Origin: an uncultured Gammaproteobacteria bacterium
GTDB taxonomy: Bacteria; Patescibacteriota; Patescibacteriia; Magasanikbacterales; UBA922
Reading direction: 5' to 3'
Assembly (NCBI GenBank): GCA_965231005.1
Contig: OZ246405.1
Coordinates: forward strand, 365,877-429,876
DNA length: 64,000 nucleotides
The notes beneath the pieces were generated by a model. That model was not told the origin of the DNA. It saw only the letters and a list, made by a program, of their open reading frames with translations, and did no database searches. The translations under genes were made by a program, and so were the position numbers. Numbering within the stretch: the first letter of the stretch is position 1; every line of letters begins with the position of its first letter. Below are positions 17,678 to 27,487 of the stretch, piece after piece.

Positions 17678-18160
17678 ATGAAGAAAACCCTTTCTTTTCT
17701 CTTCGCAGCACTCTTGCTTGTTGGAGCAGGATGTGGATCTGCAACACCAAATGATGGCGCAGAGCCAGGTTCAGCACCAGAAGCAAAAGATACAATGTCT
17801 GCTGCAATGGTTACGTCAAAGTTAAAAAGCGCAGGTATTGATTTCACAGAAGCAGATGACAAGGCAAAACGATTGTCAGTCTTTAGTCCAAATAATCAGC
17901 CAGCAATTGATGCAATTACAAAATATAAGTTTGGTTCAACAAGCGCACAACTTTCTGTTGTTGATTTGAACGATGCATCAAGAAAAGGATTTGTAGATGC
18001 AGATCTCCTTTCACTTTATAATCAAGTAAAAGCAGCAGATGCAGGATATATGCGAAGCTATGCAATGCTTTCTGTTGAAGACGATGACACATCAATGTTA
18101 TTGATCTACAAGAACGCAGATGCAGCACTTGCAAAACAAATTGAGGGTGCATTGAAATAG
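17678..18160 (+). CDS. Lipoprotein, function unknown
   Basis: Signal peptide with an LLVGAGC lipobox. Confidence 0.55.
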   Translation: MKKTLSFLFAALLLVGAGCGSATPNDGAEPGSAPEAKDTMSAAMVTSKLKSAGIDFTEADDKAKRLSVFSPNNQPAIDAITKYKFGSTSAQLSVVDLNDASRKGFVDADLLSLYNQVKAADAGYMRSYAMLSVEDDDTSMLLIYKNADAALAKQIEGALK

Positions 18161-18180
18161 TAATTTCTTTGAAAAATTTA

Positions 18181-18206
18181 AACCCGGCCTTTTGGCCGGG
18201 TTTTTG
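18181..18206 (+). terminator. Rho-independent terminator
   Basis: AACCCGGCC-TTTT-GGCCGGGTT hairpin followed by a T-run. Confidence 0.75.
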
Positions 18207-18305
18207 TTACGACTCTTTATTATTCTTTTGCAAAAAATAGTAAAGAGTCGCCCACCGTCTTTCGTTGGTAGGCGACGGTGGAAGGCCTATGTCTGCGAGT
18301 TGCTT

Positions 18306-18665
18306 TTATGACAACAATCTGGGGAGAAAATCGCGAAGCTCAGGTTTCTCGCTTACGTGCGTGCAGCCTCTTTGCAGCTGTTGTGCACGTACCTCAGAAT
18401 CAGACGACACTCCGATGATGGGACCTGAGAACTTGACCACGTCGAGGAGATGACGAAGCAGTGCAAATGATTCATCTGTTTCTTCGCCGATGTACCCGTC
18501 CAGGACAACTGCCCAGGGAGGTTTTGGCAATGAACGCAGAATCGCACGTGCTTCTTCATATCCAGCAACGAAGACCGGTTCAAAGTCCTTTCCGAGTGCG
18601 ATCCTCAGAAGTGCGAGCCAGCGGTCTTCATCTTCGAGGATCAGGATGGTTGGTTTGTCTTGCAT
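18306..18665 (-). CDS. Stand-alone response-regulator receiver (CheY-like REC) protein
   Basis: ILILEDED acidic pocket, VVLDGYIG phospho-acceptor Asp, GVSSD and a SEKP Lys-Pro motif. The start lies 2 nt after the upstream stop. Confidence 0.65.
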   Translation of the reverse strand: MQDKPTILILEDEDRWLALLRIALGKDFEPVFVAGYEEARAILRSLPKPPWAVVLDGYIGEETDESFALLRHLLDVVKFSGPIIGVSSDSEVRAQQLQRGCTHVSEKPELRDFLPRLLS

Positions 18666-18667
18666 CT

Positions 18668-19288
18668 CTACTTCTCGACCGTGTACGGGAAGGCCCAGTA
18701 CTTCGGAACCTTGAGATCCATGGAGAGGTTGCTCGTCATGTGGATGCCGAACTTGCCATCCGTTGGGTTGAAGCTGATGTGTGGCATTTTCCCGCATTCG
18801 AGCTGTTCGTGAAGCGCGTAGAGCCGGGTCTTCTTTGGATCCAGTCCGGTCTTCTTTTGTGCGTCGTCCGTCCGCCAGGTGTACTGGTAGAAGCTGAGCA
18901 GCGCAGAGAAGTTGAGCGGCTTGCCCTTCTTGTACGCGATGTACTCGGCGACCTGCTTCAGCGTGGTCGTTGAGTTATTGGTTGTGTAGATCTTCACGTC
19001 CTTGATCGATCCGTGTTTTTCGGAGAAACAGCCGCCTTGCAGTTGCTTGTAGAATCCATCCCAGTGCGACAGGTCGAGTGCTTCGATGCGCTCAAGCAGA
19101 GCCAGGCCGTTAGTGTGCTTGGGCACGTCGGTCTTGGCGGTCGTGTCCTTGCTCACGGACGCGTCAGCATGGGAGCCGGCGTCGGAGTTGGTGAGCAGGT
19201 TGTCGTCCAGTGTCGGGCAGTCGTCAGCGCAGCCAGTGCTGGTGATCAAGAACATGGCAAGGAAAATCGCGGTTGCAAAGTGTTTCAT
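18668..19288 (-). CDS. Lipoprotein, function unknown
   Basis: Signal peptide plus ITSTGC lipobox. AAGGGGG RBS. Confidence 0.55.
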   Translation of the reverse strand: MKHFATAIFLAMFLITSTGCADDCPTLDDNLLTNSDAGSHADASVSKDTTAKTDVPKHTNGLALLERIEALDLSHWDGFYKQLQGGCFSEKHGSIKDVKIYTTNNSTTTLKQVAEYIAYKKGKPLNFSALLSFYQYTWRTDDAQKKTGLDPKKTRLYALHEQLECGKMPHISFNPTDGKFGIHMTSNLSMDLKVPKYWAFPYTVEK

Positions 19289-19409
19289 GGTATACCCCCT
19301 TAGGTCACTGCACGGTTGGTTAAAAGTCGGTTGTTGAAAGTCCGTGCGGTGTCTACAAGGGGCTATGGTTAAAAGAGCGTGTACTTATTATATCGAAATA
19401 AGATAGCTA

Positions 19410-19438
19410 ACAATAGCAAAATATCAATTTTTTGTCAA
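19410..19438 (-). promoter_or_regulatory. Sigma70-like promoter TTGACA-N17-TATTGT (minus strand)
   Basis: Sits within a roughly 130-bp module that is duplicated at 20340-20480. Confidence 0.5.
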
Positions 19439-19569
19439 GGCTTAGATATAAAATCAAAAAAACACCTAATTTAAGATGTTTTTTTGAACCATCCCCCGAG
19501 CATCACACATCAGCATTATCCCTAGGGGATGGTGTTGCGTGTGTCGGAGGGTGAACTCCTTGGTTGTTG

Positions 19570-20301
19570 TCAGTGCAGCGGTTCGATGGTGAACCATTCG
19601 CTGTCGTGTTTGTCCAGCACGATCTCCATCTCTGTGCCGACCTTGTCCCAGCTGTTCTCGTGATCTCGGAACAAAACCTGCACTGGAACAACGTCCTTGT
19701 ACAAAGGCGTGGTGTGCAGGCGAATGACCGCAGGACCTCCCACGGTGTACATGCTGAACTCCAGCTTGCCGCCGCAGATGACCTCTCCGATCGCCATGGG
19801 CTTGCCGTTGCAGGCATCGACCGGGTAGCTGTTGACCTTGCCAGAGCGGGCGCTCAGGGTGACGTTCTTCGGGCAGGTGATGAACACGTTGCCCATTGCC
19901 ATCCAGAGCTCGCGCTCGTTCTTCGGATCGGTGTTGTTTTGCATCAGGTGGCAGGTCTTGTAGGTCGGTTCGGAGTCGATCTTGGTGCTTGTCGCCTGCT
20001 CCTTGTCAGTGCACGGCGATGTGCTGCCGAGGTTGACGTGCTGGTCGCTGGCGCAGCCGCCCATGAACAGGGTAACTACGATGCCAGCGGCGACCGCAGT
20101 CCGACCGATCGGCGCAGCTGATTGCTTCTTCTCCAACCGGTTCAGCTTGACCAAGATGAGCGACAGGCCCACCGAGATTTCGAGCAAGAAAACGAAAATT
20201 AGCAGCATTGTGATATTTCCGCTCCTCTGTAGTTCAAATACGGTGAACCCACCAGCAAACAAGATAAGAAAAAAATGCGATATAGAAAGGATTCGTTCCA
20301 T
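19570..20301 (-). CDS. Membrane-anchored protein with two N-terminal TM helices, function unknown
   Basis: AAGGGGG RBS. TM segments followed by a Cys-containing extracytoplasmic domain. Confidence 0.55.
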   Translation of the reverse strand: MERILSISHFFLILFAGGFTVFELQRSGNITMLLIFVFLLEISVGLSLILVKLNRLEKKQSAAPIGRTAVAAGIVVTLFMGGCASDQHVNLGSTSPCTDKEQATSTKIDSEPTYKTCHLMQNNTDPKNERELWMAMGNVFITCPKNVTLSARSGKVNSYPVDACNGKPMAIGEVICGGKLEFSMYTVGGPAVIRLHTTPLYKDVVPVQVLFRDHENSWDKVGTEMEIVLDKHDSEWFTIEPLH

Positions 20302-20399
20302 GTTGTACCCCCTTGAATGAGCGCGCCAGGGTGACGCGGTCGGTCCAAGGGGTTACAACAAAAAGAACATACTTCTATTATACGAAATAGAAACAGCTA

Positions 20400-20428
20400 A
20401 ATATAGCAAAATGTTAATGTTTTGTCAA
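20400..20428 (-). promoter_or_regulatory. Sigma70-like promoter TTGACA-N17-TATATT (minus strand), duplicate of the 19410-19438 module
   Basis: About 80 percent identical by eye to the 19357-19500 region. Confidence 0.5.
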
Positions 20429-20556
20429 GGGTAAGGTATAAAATCAAAAAAACACCTATTTTAAGATACCTATAAAAAAGCATAAACCCCGCAACGCGAT
20501 GTCACGAGGCTATGCCTTGTGCGCGTGCGGGGTGGTTGACTTGTGTCGTCTCCTTG

Positions 20557-21741
20557 TTATTTTGGTTCGATGCTCAGCTTCACCATTCTCATCAAGCATC
20601 TGGTCTTGCCTGCCCATTTGCAGTTCGCTTTGACCGGAAGGATGATACGTCCCTTTTTGGCAGAGACAAGGTCTGCTGTTACAGAACCGTTTGAATGGTC
20701 TCGAATTGTCCCATTCCAATTTTCGTAGTGTCGGCAAGTACCGCTGCTACCACAGTTTGATCCGAGTTTAACTGTCACAAAGCGTGGTGCGTACTTGTTT
20801 GTTCCTTCCACATCCATCCGAAACGAAAGAGTTGTGGTGATGTTTGTGGGGAATTTTCCAAGTCCAGGACAGCGAATGTTTGGGACTCTCCTATCTGCTC
20901 CGCCAGCTGGAAATTGGATGTCAGGGATTTTCATGTTTTTGCATCCAACAGCTTCCGGGACTTTTACTGCCGGCAGTGTGAGTAGGTAGTTCCCTTTGTA
21001 GGAAGTGATGAACCGGATTTGTGCTTGTGGAGCAATCACATCGCCAGGCTTCCACCCTCGTGCAGGTTTGGAATTGATCGTTCGTTTGCAGATCATCTTT
21101 CGGGCAGTTGTGTGCGAGAGCGAGAGCGGAGGCTTTCCTGGATCTGTTGCATTTTTGAGCTCTCCTTTGCATGTCATGTTGCTCAGCTCCCGCCTTTTGA
21201 TTTGATGCAATTTGCAATCTTTGTATGGAAATCTGATCACACAGTAAGCACTGATCACCAGTTCAGACAAGATTGACTCTCCTGCAACAGGAGATGTACT
21301 TTGACCACTTGCCTCGATGATTGCACCATGTTTTTTTTCTGCACGGACGCATTTTTTCCATGCATCGGTCACATGTGGAGGAAGATATCTCCTTTCTACC
21401 ATGAGCTTTCCAATGTCAGTGGTCCTTCTTCGTGCAGCTTCACACATGATCTTTGCAACAGATTCGTAGTTGGAGCGTTTCGACGACTGACTTCCGCCAA
21501 TGTCTGCGTAGTGGAGTTGTGCCTTTCTGTCTGACCAGCTGTCCCTGATTCGTGTGTATTTCTTGCATTGTTTTTGGTACCATGCAAGGCTCTTGTTCCA
21601 GGCGCTATTGTTGACTTGAGTGCTTGCACCGTAGATCAGGATTTTTTCGCAGTGATCAGGTGGGCTTGCAACTGCGGGTGATCCGAACAAGAGTGACATG
21701 CTCGCAATGAACATGAAGATCCGAGACAAAAAAAATCGCAC
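20557..21741 (-). CDS. Secreted cysteine-rich protein (394 aa), function unknown
   Basis: GTG start preceded by GGAGGA. N-terminal signal peptide and more than 20 Cys residues. Confidence 0.5.
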   Translation of the reverse strand: MRFFLSRIFMFIASMSLLFGSPAVASPPDHCEKILIYGASTQVNNSAWNKSLAWYQKQCKKYTRIRDSWSDRKAQLHYADIGGSQSSKRSNYESVAKIMCEAARRRTTDIGKLMVERRYLPPHVTDAWKKCVRAEKKHGAIIEASGQSTSPVAGESILSELVISAYCVIRFPYKDCKLHQIKRRELSNMTCKGELKNATDPGKPPLSLSHTTARKMICKRTINSKPARGWKPGDVIAPQAQIRFITSYKGNYLLTLPAVKVPEAVGCKNMKIPDIQFPAGGADRRVPNIRCPGLGKFPTNITTTLSFRMDVEGTNKYAPRFVTVKLGSNCGSSGTCRHYENWNGTIRDHSNGSVTADLVSAKKGRIILPVKANCKWAGKTRCLMRMVKLSIEPK

Positions 21742-21787
21742 TGTGTCCTCCGTGCTGAAATGGATGGGATTGTGGTGAAACCATTTG

Positions 21788-21876
21788 GCTTCACTCGCGG
21801 AGAGAGCGGGATTTGAACCCGCGAGCCCTTTGCAGGACTACTGCTTTTCGAAAGCAGCGCATTCAACCAGACTCTG
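21788..21876 (-). tRNA. tRNA-Ser (anticodon CGA)
   Basis: Hand-folded cloverleaf: GGAGAGA acceptor, CTGCT/AGCAG anticodon stem with loop TTCGAAA, long variable arm, GCGGG-TTCAAAT-CCCGC T-arm. Confidence 0.8.
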
Positions 21877-21892
21877 CCATCTCTCCATAATG

Positions 21893-22106
21893 ACAATTAG
21901 CAATTAACAAAAAACAATTAACAATTTTTTCATCACGACAAACAATATTTTCAGCTTTTAGATGTCGCAGATAACTATCTTTGGTGAAGAAATACAACCG
22001 CCAGCAGTATCAGGATTCGTTCATTATCTTTTTGTAAGATTAAGTAACGGAATAAGAGTTTGTTAGTTGTTAATTGTTAGTTGTTAGTTGTTAGTTTTCT
22101 ATCAAT
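21893..22106. repeat. Family A stop-saturated motif, inverted pair around a spacer
   Basis: Reverse copy at 21893-21924 and forward tandemised copy at 22069-22106. Confidence 0.8.
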
Positions 22107-23342
22107 CAAAAGTAATGTTGGTATTAACCAAAACAGAATCGCAGTATCATTTTTAATATACGGCGAATCTACAAGTGACATAATGATAAAAATATTTAAT
22201 AGAACGAACGCAGTATATGAGAGTGACTTTTTTTGCGATTTGAAAAAAATAGAGTACAACATAAATATCATATACAAAAAACTAATCAACCCAAGCAAAC
22301 CTATCTCAGACCAAAAGCTAAGGAATTGATTGTGTGGATGATGAAAAATTTCAATACCTTCTCCATTTACTGTTGTATGATATGGCTGGATTCTCTTTTT
22401 ATATGATGCAAGACCAACACCAAATACAGCATTTGTCCGAGAATCAGTGAGCATGTCAGTTGCCTCATTCCACATTGAGATCCTAATCTGACCAGAACGA
22501 TCTTGGAGTAATAATTCTTTTTTAATATTGTTTGTTGCTGGCGCAAAAAGCAGAAACAAAATTCCAATACTGATTAGGCCAATTGCAAATGGACGACCTC
22601 GTTTATTTAACAGCGCAAGTATCAACATGGTCCCAATTATACCAACAAGCGCACCAGTACTTTTTGCAAAAATAATTCCAAGAACAATAAGTATTTGTGT
22701 AAGTAATCCAACATAACTTTGCCATTTTCCTTGCCACATATGCATAACATACATTGCAGCAGGGAATACAAGTGCTAAATAAAAACCAACACCATTTGGG
22801 AATCCATACCACCCGGTTACACGAAAGGTATTTCCATTTTCCCAAAAATCCCATGGAACCATCCAACCAGTAAAGTGTTGATACGTAACAAGAATTCCTG
22901 TTGCAAGTCCACTGAGCATAAGTGCGAAGAGCATGTTTTTTATTTTTATTCCTTTTTTACAAACATGCAACATCATAAAGAAAAATAAAAATGGCTCAAT
23001 GTAAAATGCCTTCCATTGGCCAAGAGCAGCACGTGTTTCTGTTGCAAAGGAAACACTTATTGTTGCGGCAAATAAAAAAAGAAAAGATGCAGTGAAGAAA
23101 TAAGGATATTTTTTTATAAGCCTCGCGCTATCGTTGTATATTTTTTTCAATCCAGATTTTGCCAGCCAGGCAAGGAGTAGTATCAACAACATGATTTCAA
23201 GAATAGTTGTTGGAATACCAAATATATCAAAACGAAGTAGATACGTTGGAAGAAGAAAAATAAGAAAAGACAGTGCTAGTGAAAATCGATATCTTGCAAT
23301 AAATGCAAAACAAATAAAATAGATAATAAGATAGATTGTCAT
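22077..23342 (-). CDS. O-antigen ligase family (Wzy_C/WaaL-like) membrane protein
   Basis: Polytopic protein with a GVGLASY...HPHNQFLSFWSEIGLLG motif. The C-terminal codons (KLTTNN) lie in the family A motif. Confidence 0.6.
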   Translation of the reverse strand: MTIYLIIYFICFAFIARYRFSLALSFLIFLLPTYLLRFDIFGIPTTILEIMLLILLLAWLAKSGLKKIYNDSARLIKKYPYFFTASFLFLFAATISVSFATETRAALGQWKAFYIEPFLFFFMMLHVCKKGIKIKNMLFALMLSGLATGILVTYQHFTGWMVPWDFWENGNTFRVTGWYGFPNGVGFYLALVFPAAMYVMHMWQGKWQSYVGLLTQILIVLGIIFAKSTGALVGIIGTMLILALLNKRGRPFAIGLISIGILFLLFAPATNNIKKELLLQDRSGQIRISMWNEATDMLTDSRTNAVFGVGLASYKKRIQPYHTTVNGEGIEIFHHPHNQFLSFWSEIGLLGLISFLYMIFMLYSIFFKSQKKSLSYTAFVLLNIFIIMSLVDSPYIKNDTAILFWLIPTLLLIDRKLTTNN

Positions 23343-23465
23343 AGTTTGTTTATTGTATCTATGTTTTTTGGAAAAGTCTACAAAAAAATCCCGACAGGCG
23401 AGATGCTTTTGTGGTTCCGGATTGCGTGCAATCCGGTACCTTTCACGGGCTGGTGAGGTGTGCGT

Positions 23466-23879
23466 TCAGTGGAGGGATTGTTCTTCTCTTTCGACAAATG
23501 CGTCTGCATGATCTGGCGTCCAAAGCATTGCTTCTTCACCTTTCAGTGTGTAGACAAGTGCTTCTGGCCACCTTCTCATTGCTGCGGTTGCCATCTCAGC
23601 TAGACCTGGTTTGGCACCAGGATTGGACCATTCGCGAGGTGTAATCAAGCGTTCTCTGGCAAGTCGGTGTCGTTCTTCTTTGGGCATGAATACATACTCT
23701 TTGTTGTATCCGCAGCCCTTTGCTGTTCTCGTGTAGATTTCGACTTGGAGTCTGCCAAACATCATGTGTTCATCAAAAATGACGACGAGTTTGACCCAAG
23801 GATGCTCTCGGTCGTAGCGTGAGTACGTGTGCAAAAAAATTGAAGCTTCAATCACCTTGCGTTCGTTTACTGTTGGCAT
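23466..23879 (-). CDS. Hypothetical protein (137 aa) in a G+C-richer cassette
   Basis: GGAGG RBS. An AAAGGGGG motif sits in the leader. Confidence 0.45.
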   Translation of the reverse strand: MPTVNERKVIEASIFLHTYSRYDREHPWVKLVVIFDEHMMFGRLQVEIYTRTAKGCGYNKEYVFMPKEERHRLARERLITPREWSNPGAKPGLAEMATAAMRRWPEALVYTLKGEEAMLWTPDHADAFVEREEQSLH

Positions 23880-23930
23880 GGTTGCCTCCAGTGTGAGAGT
23901 TCGTGAAAGGTCTTCCCCCTTTCTATGGGA

Positions 23931-23959
23931 ACACTACCCTAATTTTTGGAAAAAGTCAA
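23931..23959 (-). promoter_or_regulatory. Candidate promoter TTGACT-N17-TAGTGT (minus strand)
   Basis: Hexamers at 17-nt spacing upstream of the 23879 start. Confidence 0.35.
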
Positions 23960-23961
23960 CC

Positions 23962-25458
23962 TCAAACCTTAAGTTTTAGCACACTTTTAAGCGTCTCTTT
24001 TGAAATCGCGCCAGTTAAAATAACCATGATTCCATAAATTCCTGCACCAAGAATTGCAAGTGCAATAACATGAAGATTTGGAAGAAGTAATACAATTACT
24101 GCCATAACAATGGCAGAGAAAAATAATTTAAATAATGTTCTATAATCAAGAATTTCGTTTGTGTAATGTCGTATAACAAGAAAGAGAAAGAGTCCTGCAT
24201 AGACTTCTGAGAAAACTGTTACCCATGCTGCTCCATACATACCAAATTTTGGAATGAAAATGAGATAGGCAATTAAAGAAAGAATTGCATTTGAAATGTA
24301 GACCCACATGGTTTGTTTTTGTTTATCAATTGCAACAGCTGTGTGTCCAAATATTGCGCCAAAGAATACGCCAAATACTGCAAGCGACAAAATTTGGAGT
24401 GGTCTTCCTGCGGCAATAAATTCATTACCAGCAACAAAGGCGATAATTGGTTCTGCAAGAATGATTGTTCCAATTGTGACAGGAATTGCAAACAACATCA
24501 TTGCATCAAACGCTTGCTGATATTGTTGTTTAAATTGTTTTTTATTGTTTCGTGACCACGCAAATGCAAGCAGAGGCAAAATAACTCCCATCATCATCAT
24601 GGCTGTTTGACCGAGGATGTCTATGACACGATAGGCTGCACCGTACAGTCCAACTTCTTCAAATTTTTGAAACCATGAAAGCAAAATAACATCACCACGC
24701 AAATACACAACATTGAAAATAATTGAAATAGCAATTGGCCAGGATTTTTGCATAATTGATTTCCAAATGTGCCAGTCAAATGCAAAGCGAATTTTCGTTG
24801 TTCGTGATGCAGCAGCCCACATGAAGAGCACATATCCAATGCTCGAGAGTCCAACAACAATCATGACTGGAACAAATCCATATTGACCTGTAATCATGAG
24901 CCATAATCCTGCAACAAGAATAATTCTTCCAATAACTTCTCCTGCTGCTTGAACATGCATTTGTAATCTTGTTTGGTAATAGCCAACAAACACTTGGTTC
25001 ATTGCTATTGCAAGAAATGAAATGGTCAAAAGTGCAATTGCATGTTTCACTTCAATAGGATAGGGAAAGAACAGTGCAACCAGTGGCGCTAGTGTAAGGA
25101 AAAATGTTGCGGTTACAAATCGGAATCCTAATAAATTTTTTAACAGTGTTTCTTTATTATATTTTTGCTCGCTCAACATTTGTGCAGTGACTGGTGTCAT
25201 TCCAAAGTCAATCAAAATACCAATAAACTGCAAAAAAGAAATTGCTGTAATATACCATCCAAATTGAGATACACCTAAGTATCTTGTCATCATGCCAATA
25301 GCAATTAAACCAAAAATAGTTGAGATTGCTTTCCCAACGATTTGAATGGCTGTATTGTGTGCGACTTTTCTTGTTGATTCCACAGTTTTTACATTAAAAA
25401 AATAGAACACAGATTTAACGCCTGCCTGCCGGCAGGCAGGGATCAGACGGATTTTCAC
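23962..25458 (-). CDS. Polysaccharide biosynthesis flippase (MOP/Wzx-like)
   Basis: 498 aa with about 14 TM helices. Confidence 0.55.
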   Translation of the reverse strand: MKIRLIPACRQAGVKSVFYFFNVKTVESTRKVAHNTAIQIVGKAISTIFGLIAIGMMTRYLGVSQFGWYITAISFLQFIGILIDFGMTPVTAQMLSEQKYNKETLLKNLLGFRFVTATFFLTLAPLVALFFPYPIEVKHAIALLTISFLAIAMNQVFVGYYQTRLQMHVQAAGEVIGRIILVAGLWLMITGQYGFVPVMIVVGLSSIGYVLFMWAAASRTTKIRFAFDWHIWKSIMQKSWPIAISIIFNVVYLRGDVILLSWFQKFEEVGLYGAAYRVIDILGQTAMMMMGVILPLLAFAWSRNNKKQFKQQYQQAFDAMMLFAIPVTIGTIILAEPIIAFVAGNEFIAAGRPLQILSLAVFGVFFGAIFGHTAVAIDKQKQTMWVYISNAILSLIAYLIFIPKFGMYGAAWVTVFSEVYAGLFLFLVIRHYTNEILDYRTLFKLFFSAIVMAVIVLLLPNLHVIALAILGAGIYGIMVILTGAISKETLKSVLKLKV

Positions 25459-25506
25459 GGATTTTAAATCCGTTTTAATCTATTCAATCCGTTCGATCCG
25501 TGTTCC
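25403..25506. repeat. Palindromic element (core CCTGCCTGCCGGCAGGCAGG) with AGAACACAGAT/ATCCGTGTTC inverted ends
   Basis: Core at 25421-25440. Imperfect terminal inverted repeats of about 11 nt. MITE-like. Confidence 0.75.
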
Positions 25507-25600
25507 ATCATTGTAATTTATTGATCATACTATAGCAGTTTTGTACTCTAATTTCAATCTTCGCAAATAGAGTATTTTTTGCTATACTGTCTCTACACAT

Positions 25601-27487
25601 ATGAAAGTAACAATGCAAACAACAAGAAGCTTTGTAAGGTTTTGTGCCCTTTCATTTTTTGCATTTGCATTATTCTTTTTTTCATCAGCTCCTGTAGACG
25701 CAAAAAAGCCAGAAGCAAAGGTAAGAGATGACTCATATACTGCGCGGTATGTTTCTCAGACAGAAAAGGATCCAATTTCTATTGAAGCTGGTTCAACAAA
25801 AACAGTAACAATTACTTTTAGAAATAATGGAACGGCTACGTGGAATAATACAGGTAGTCGTTATATTTCTGCATACACAATGGAACCGCGATATCGTGAT
25901 TCTGAATTTAAAGGACCGAACTGGATTGGTGCAAATCAGACAGGGAAAATGGGAGGCGTTATAAAACCTGGAGAGAATGGAAAACTTGCTGTCACACTCA
26001 CTGCTCCAGAAAAAGTTGGCAAGTACACTGAATGGTTTTACCTTGCTGCAGAAAATTATACGTGGGTAAAAGATGGTTATTTCTTTTTAGAACTTAATGT
26101 TATACCAAAGAAAGAAGTTCCAAAAGTAAAAGTTGCTGCAACTGACAATGCTCCATTGGCTGAACAAGCTGCTGAAGAAAAAAAGGAGATTGTATACGCT
26201 GCAAATAATATTGGACAAAATGTTCGTGAAGTTTATGTAAAAGGTGGGGAACAAATTCGACTTATTACACTATTTCAAAATATAGGAGATACTGCTTGGG
26301 AAGAATATGGCATTCTTGCAAATACACCTGTCTCAACAAGTGATTCTCGGCTTTCTTTTGCAGATCAATCATGGCATGACACAGATTTAGTTTTAACAAA
26401 GAGAAAAGTAGTTGAACCTGAACGATCACTAAGAGAAGAATTTTATTTTCGTGCGCCAGCCAAAGAAGGTGACTACACAGCAAGATTTTCTTTGACTGCA
26501 AACACTGTAGACGTTCCAGATGTTTCTGCAGAAGTTGTTGTTCATGTAACACAAGATGCTCCAAGTGATTATAAAAAAGCAACATTCTATGCAGCACCAG
26601 AGCCAGAAGAAGCAGTTCGTCTTGATAGTGAACCAAGAATCCGCGTTGGCATGATGCTTCCAATGGAATTTGTTCAATTCCGAAGTGAAGAAGAGGATTA
26701 TCGTGTGATTGTTGGAGGAGAAGAATTAGGTATTTTGCCGAAAACACATTTAGGAGTGTTTATATTTGATGGGACATATCATTCATTCAAAGGTGCAGAG
26801 GTTGATTATGAAGGTCCAGGATATGTTCGACTTGAACCTGTAAATAATGTTCATGCAATTTATTCATTATCAAACTACGAGCGGTACGTGAAATGGAAAG
26901 GACCAAATAATTTTAATATGTACAGAGGTGCATTTGAATATCGAAAAGGAAAGGTAGATGGTAAGATGTATGCTGTAAATGATTTATTGTTTGAAGATTA
27001 TGTTGCTGGAATTGCTGAGACGAGTAATTTGGCTAATATTGATTATATAAAAGCTCTTCTTGTTGCAGCGCGATCATATGCATATAAAGCAATAGGGAAG
27101 TATCCATTCTTCGATGTTCTTGGAAATACCTATGATCAATTATATCTTGGATATGAAAGTGAACGGCTCATGCAGCGCGTGCTACAGGCACAACAGGAAA
27201 CACGTGGGTACATGGTTACATACGATGGAGAAATTGTGACAACACCATATTTTGCAAATAGCACTGGCATGACAAAAAGTTGGAAACAAGTATGGGGTGG
27301 AAGAAAATCATATCCATGGCTTGTGCCGGTTGAAGCAAAGTATGATCGTGGTCAACCAATGCGAGGTCATGGAGTTGGTATGAGTGCGCGAGATGCTGCA
27401 ATTCGTGCTGACAAAGAGGGAGCTACGTGGCAAGAACTTTTGAAACATTATTATACTGGTGTTGAAGTCGAAAAAATTTATAATTAA
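25601..27487 (+). CDS. SpoIID/LytB-domain protein
   Basis: C-terminal YFANSTGMT...GHGVGMSARDA block typical of SpoIID/LytB. N-terminal signal/TM plus repeat domains. Confidence 0.75.
   Translation: MKVTMQTTRSFVRFCALSFFAFALFFFSSAPVDAKKPEAKVRDDSYTARYVSQTEKDPISIEAGSTKTVTITFRNNGTATWNNTGSRYISAYTMEPRYRDSEFKGPNWIGANQTGKMGGVIKPGENGKLAVTLTAPEKVGKYTEWFYLAAENYTWVKDGYFFLELNVIPKKEVPKVKVAATDNAPLAEQAAEEKKEIVYAANNIGQNVREVYVKGGEQIRLITLFQNIGDTAWEEYGILANTPVSTSDSRLSFADQSWHDTDLVLTKRKVVEPERSLREEFYFRAPAKEGDYTARFSLTANTVDVPDVSAEVVVHVTQDAPSDYKKATFYAAPEPEEAVRLDSEPRIRVGMMLPMEFVQFRSEEEDYRVIVGGEELGILPKTHLGVFIFDGTYHSFKGAEVDYEGPGYVRLEPVNNVHAIYSLSNYERYVKWKGPNNFNMYRGAFEYRKGKVDGKMYAVNDLLFEDYVAGIAETSNLANIDYIKALLVAARSYAYKAIGKYPFFDVLGNTYDQLYLGYESERLMQRVLQAQQETRGYMVTYDGEIVTTPYFANSTGMTKSWKQVWGGRKSYPWLVPVEAKYDRGQPMRGHGVGMSARDAAIRADKEGATWQELLKHYYTGVEVEKIYN

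Noticed and set aside
19564-20320. Plus-strand ORFs 19564-20121 and 19982-20320 (185 and 112 aa)
   Set aside because: They lie antisense to the promoter-equipped minus-strand membrane-protein gene. A G+C-rich segment yields long shadow frames. They have no RBS or promoter.
21636-21896. 86-aa ORF on the minus strand
   Set aside because: It overlaps tRNA-Ser and the family A spacer. It is a read-through artefact.
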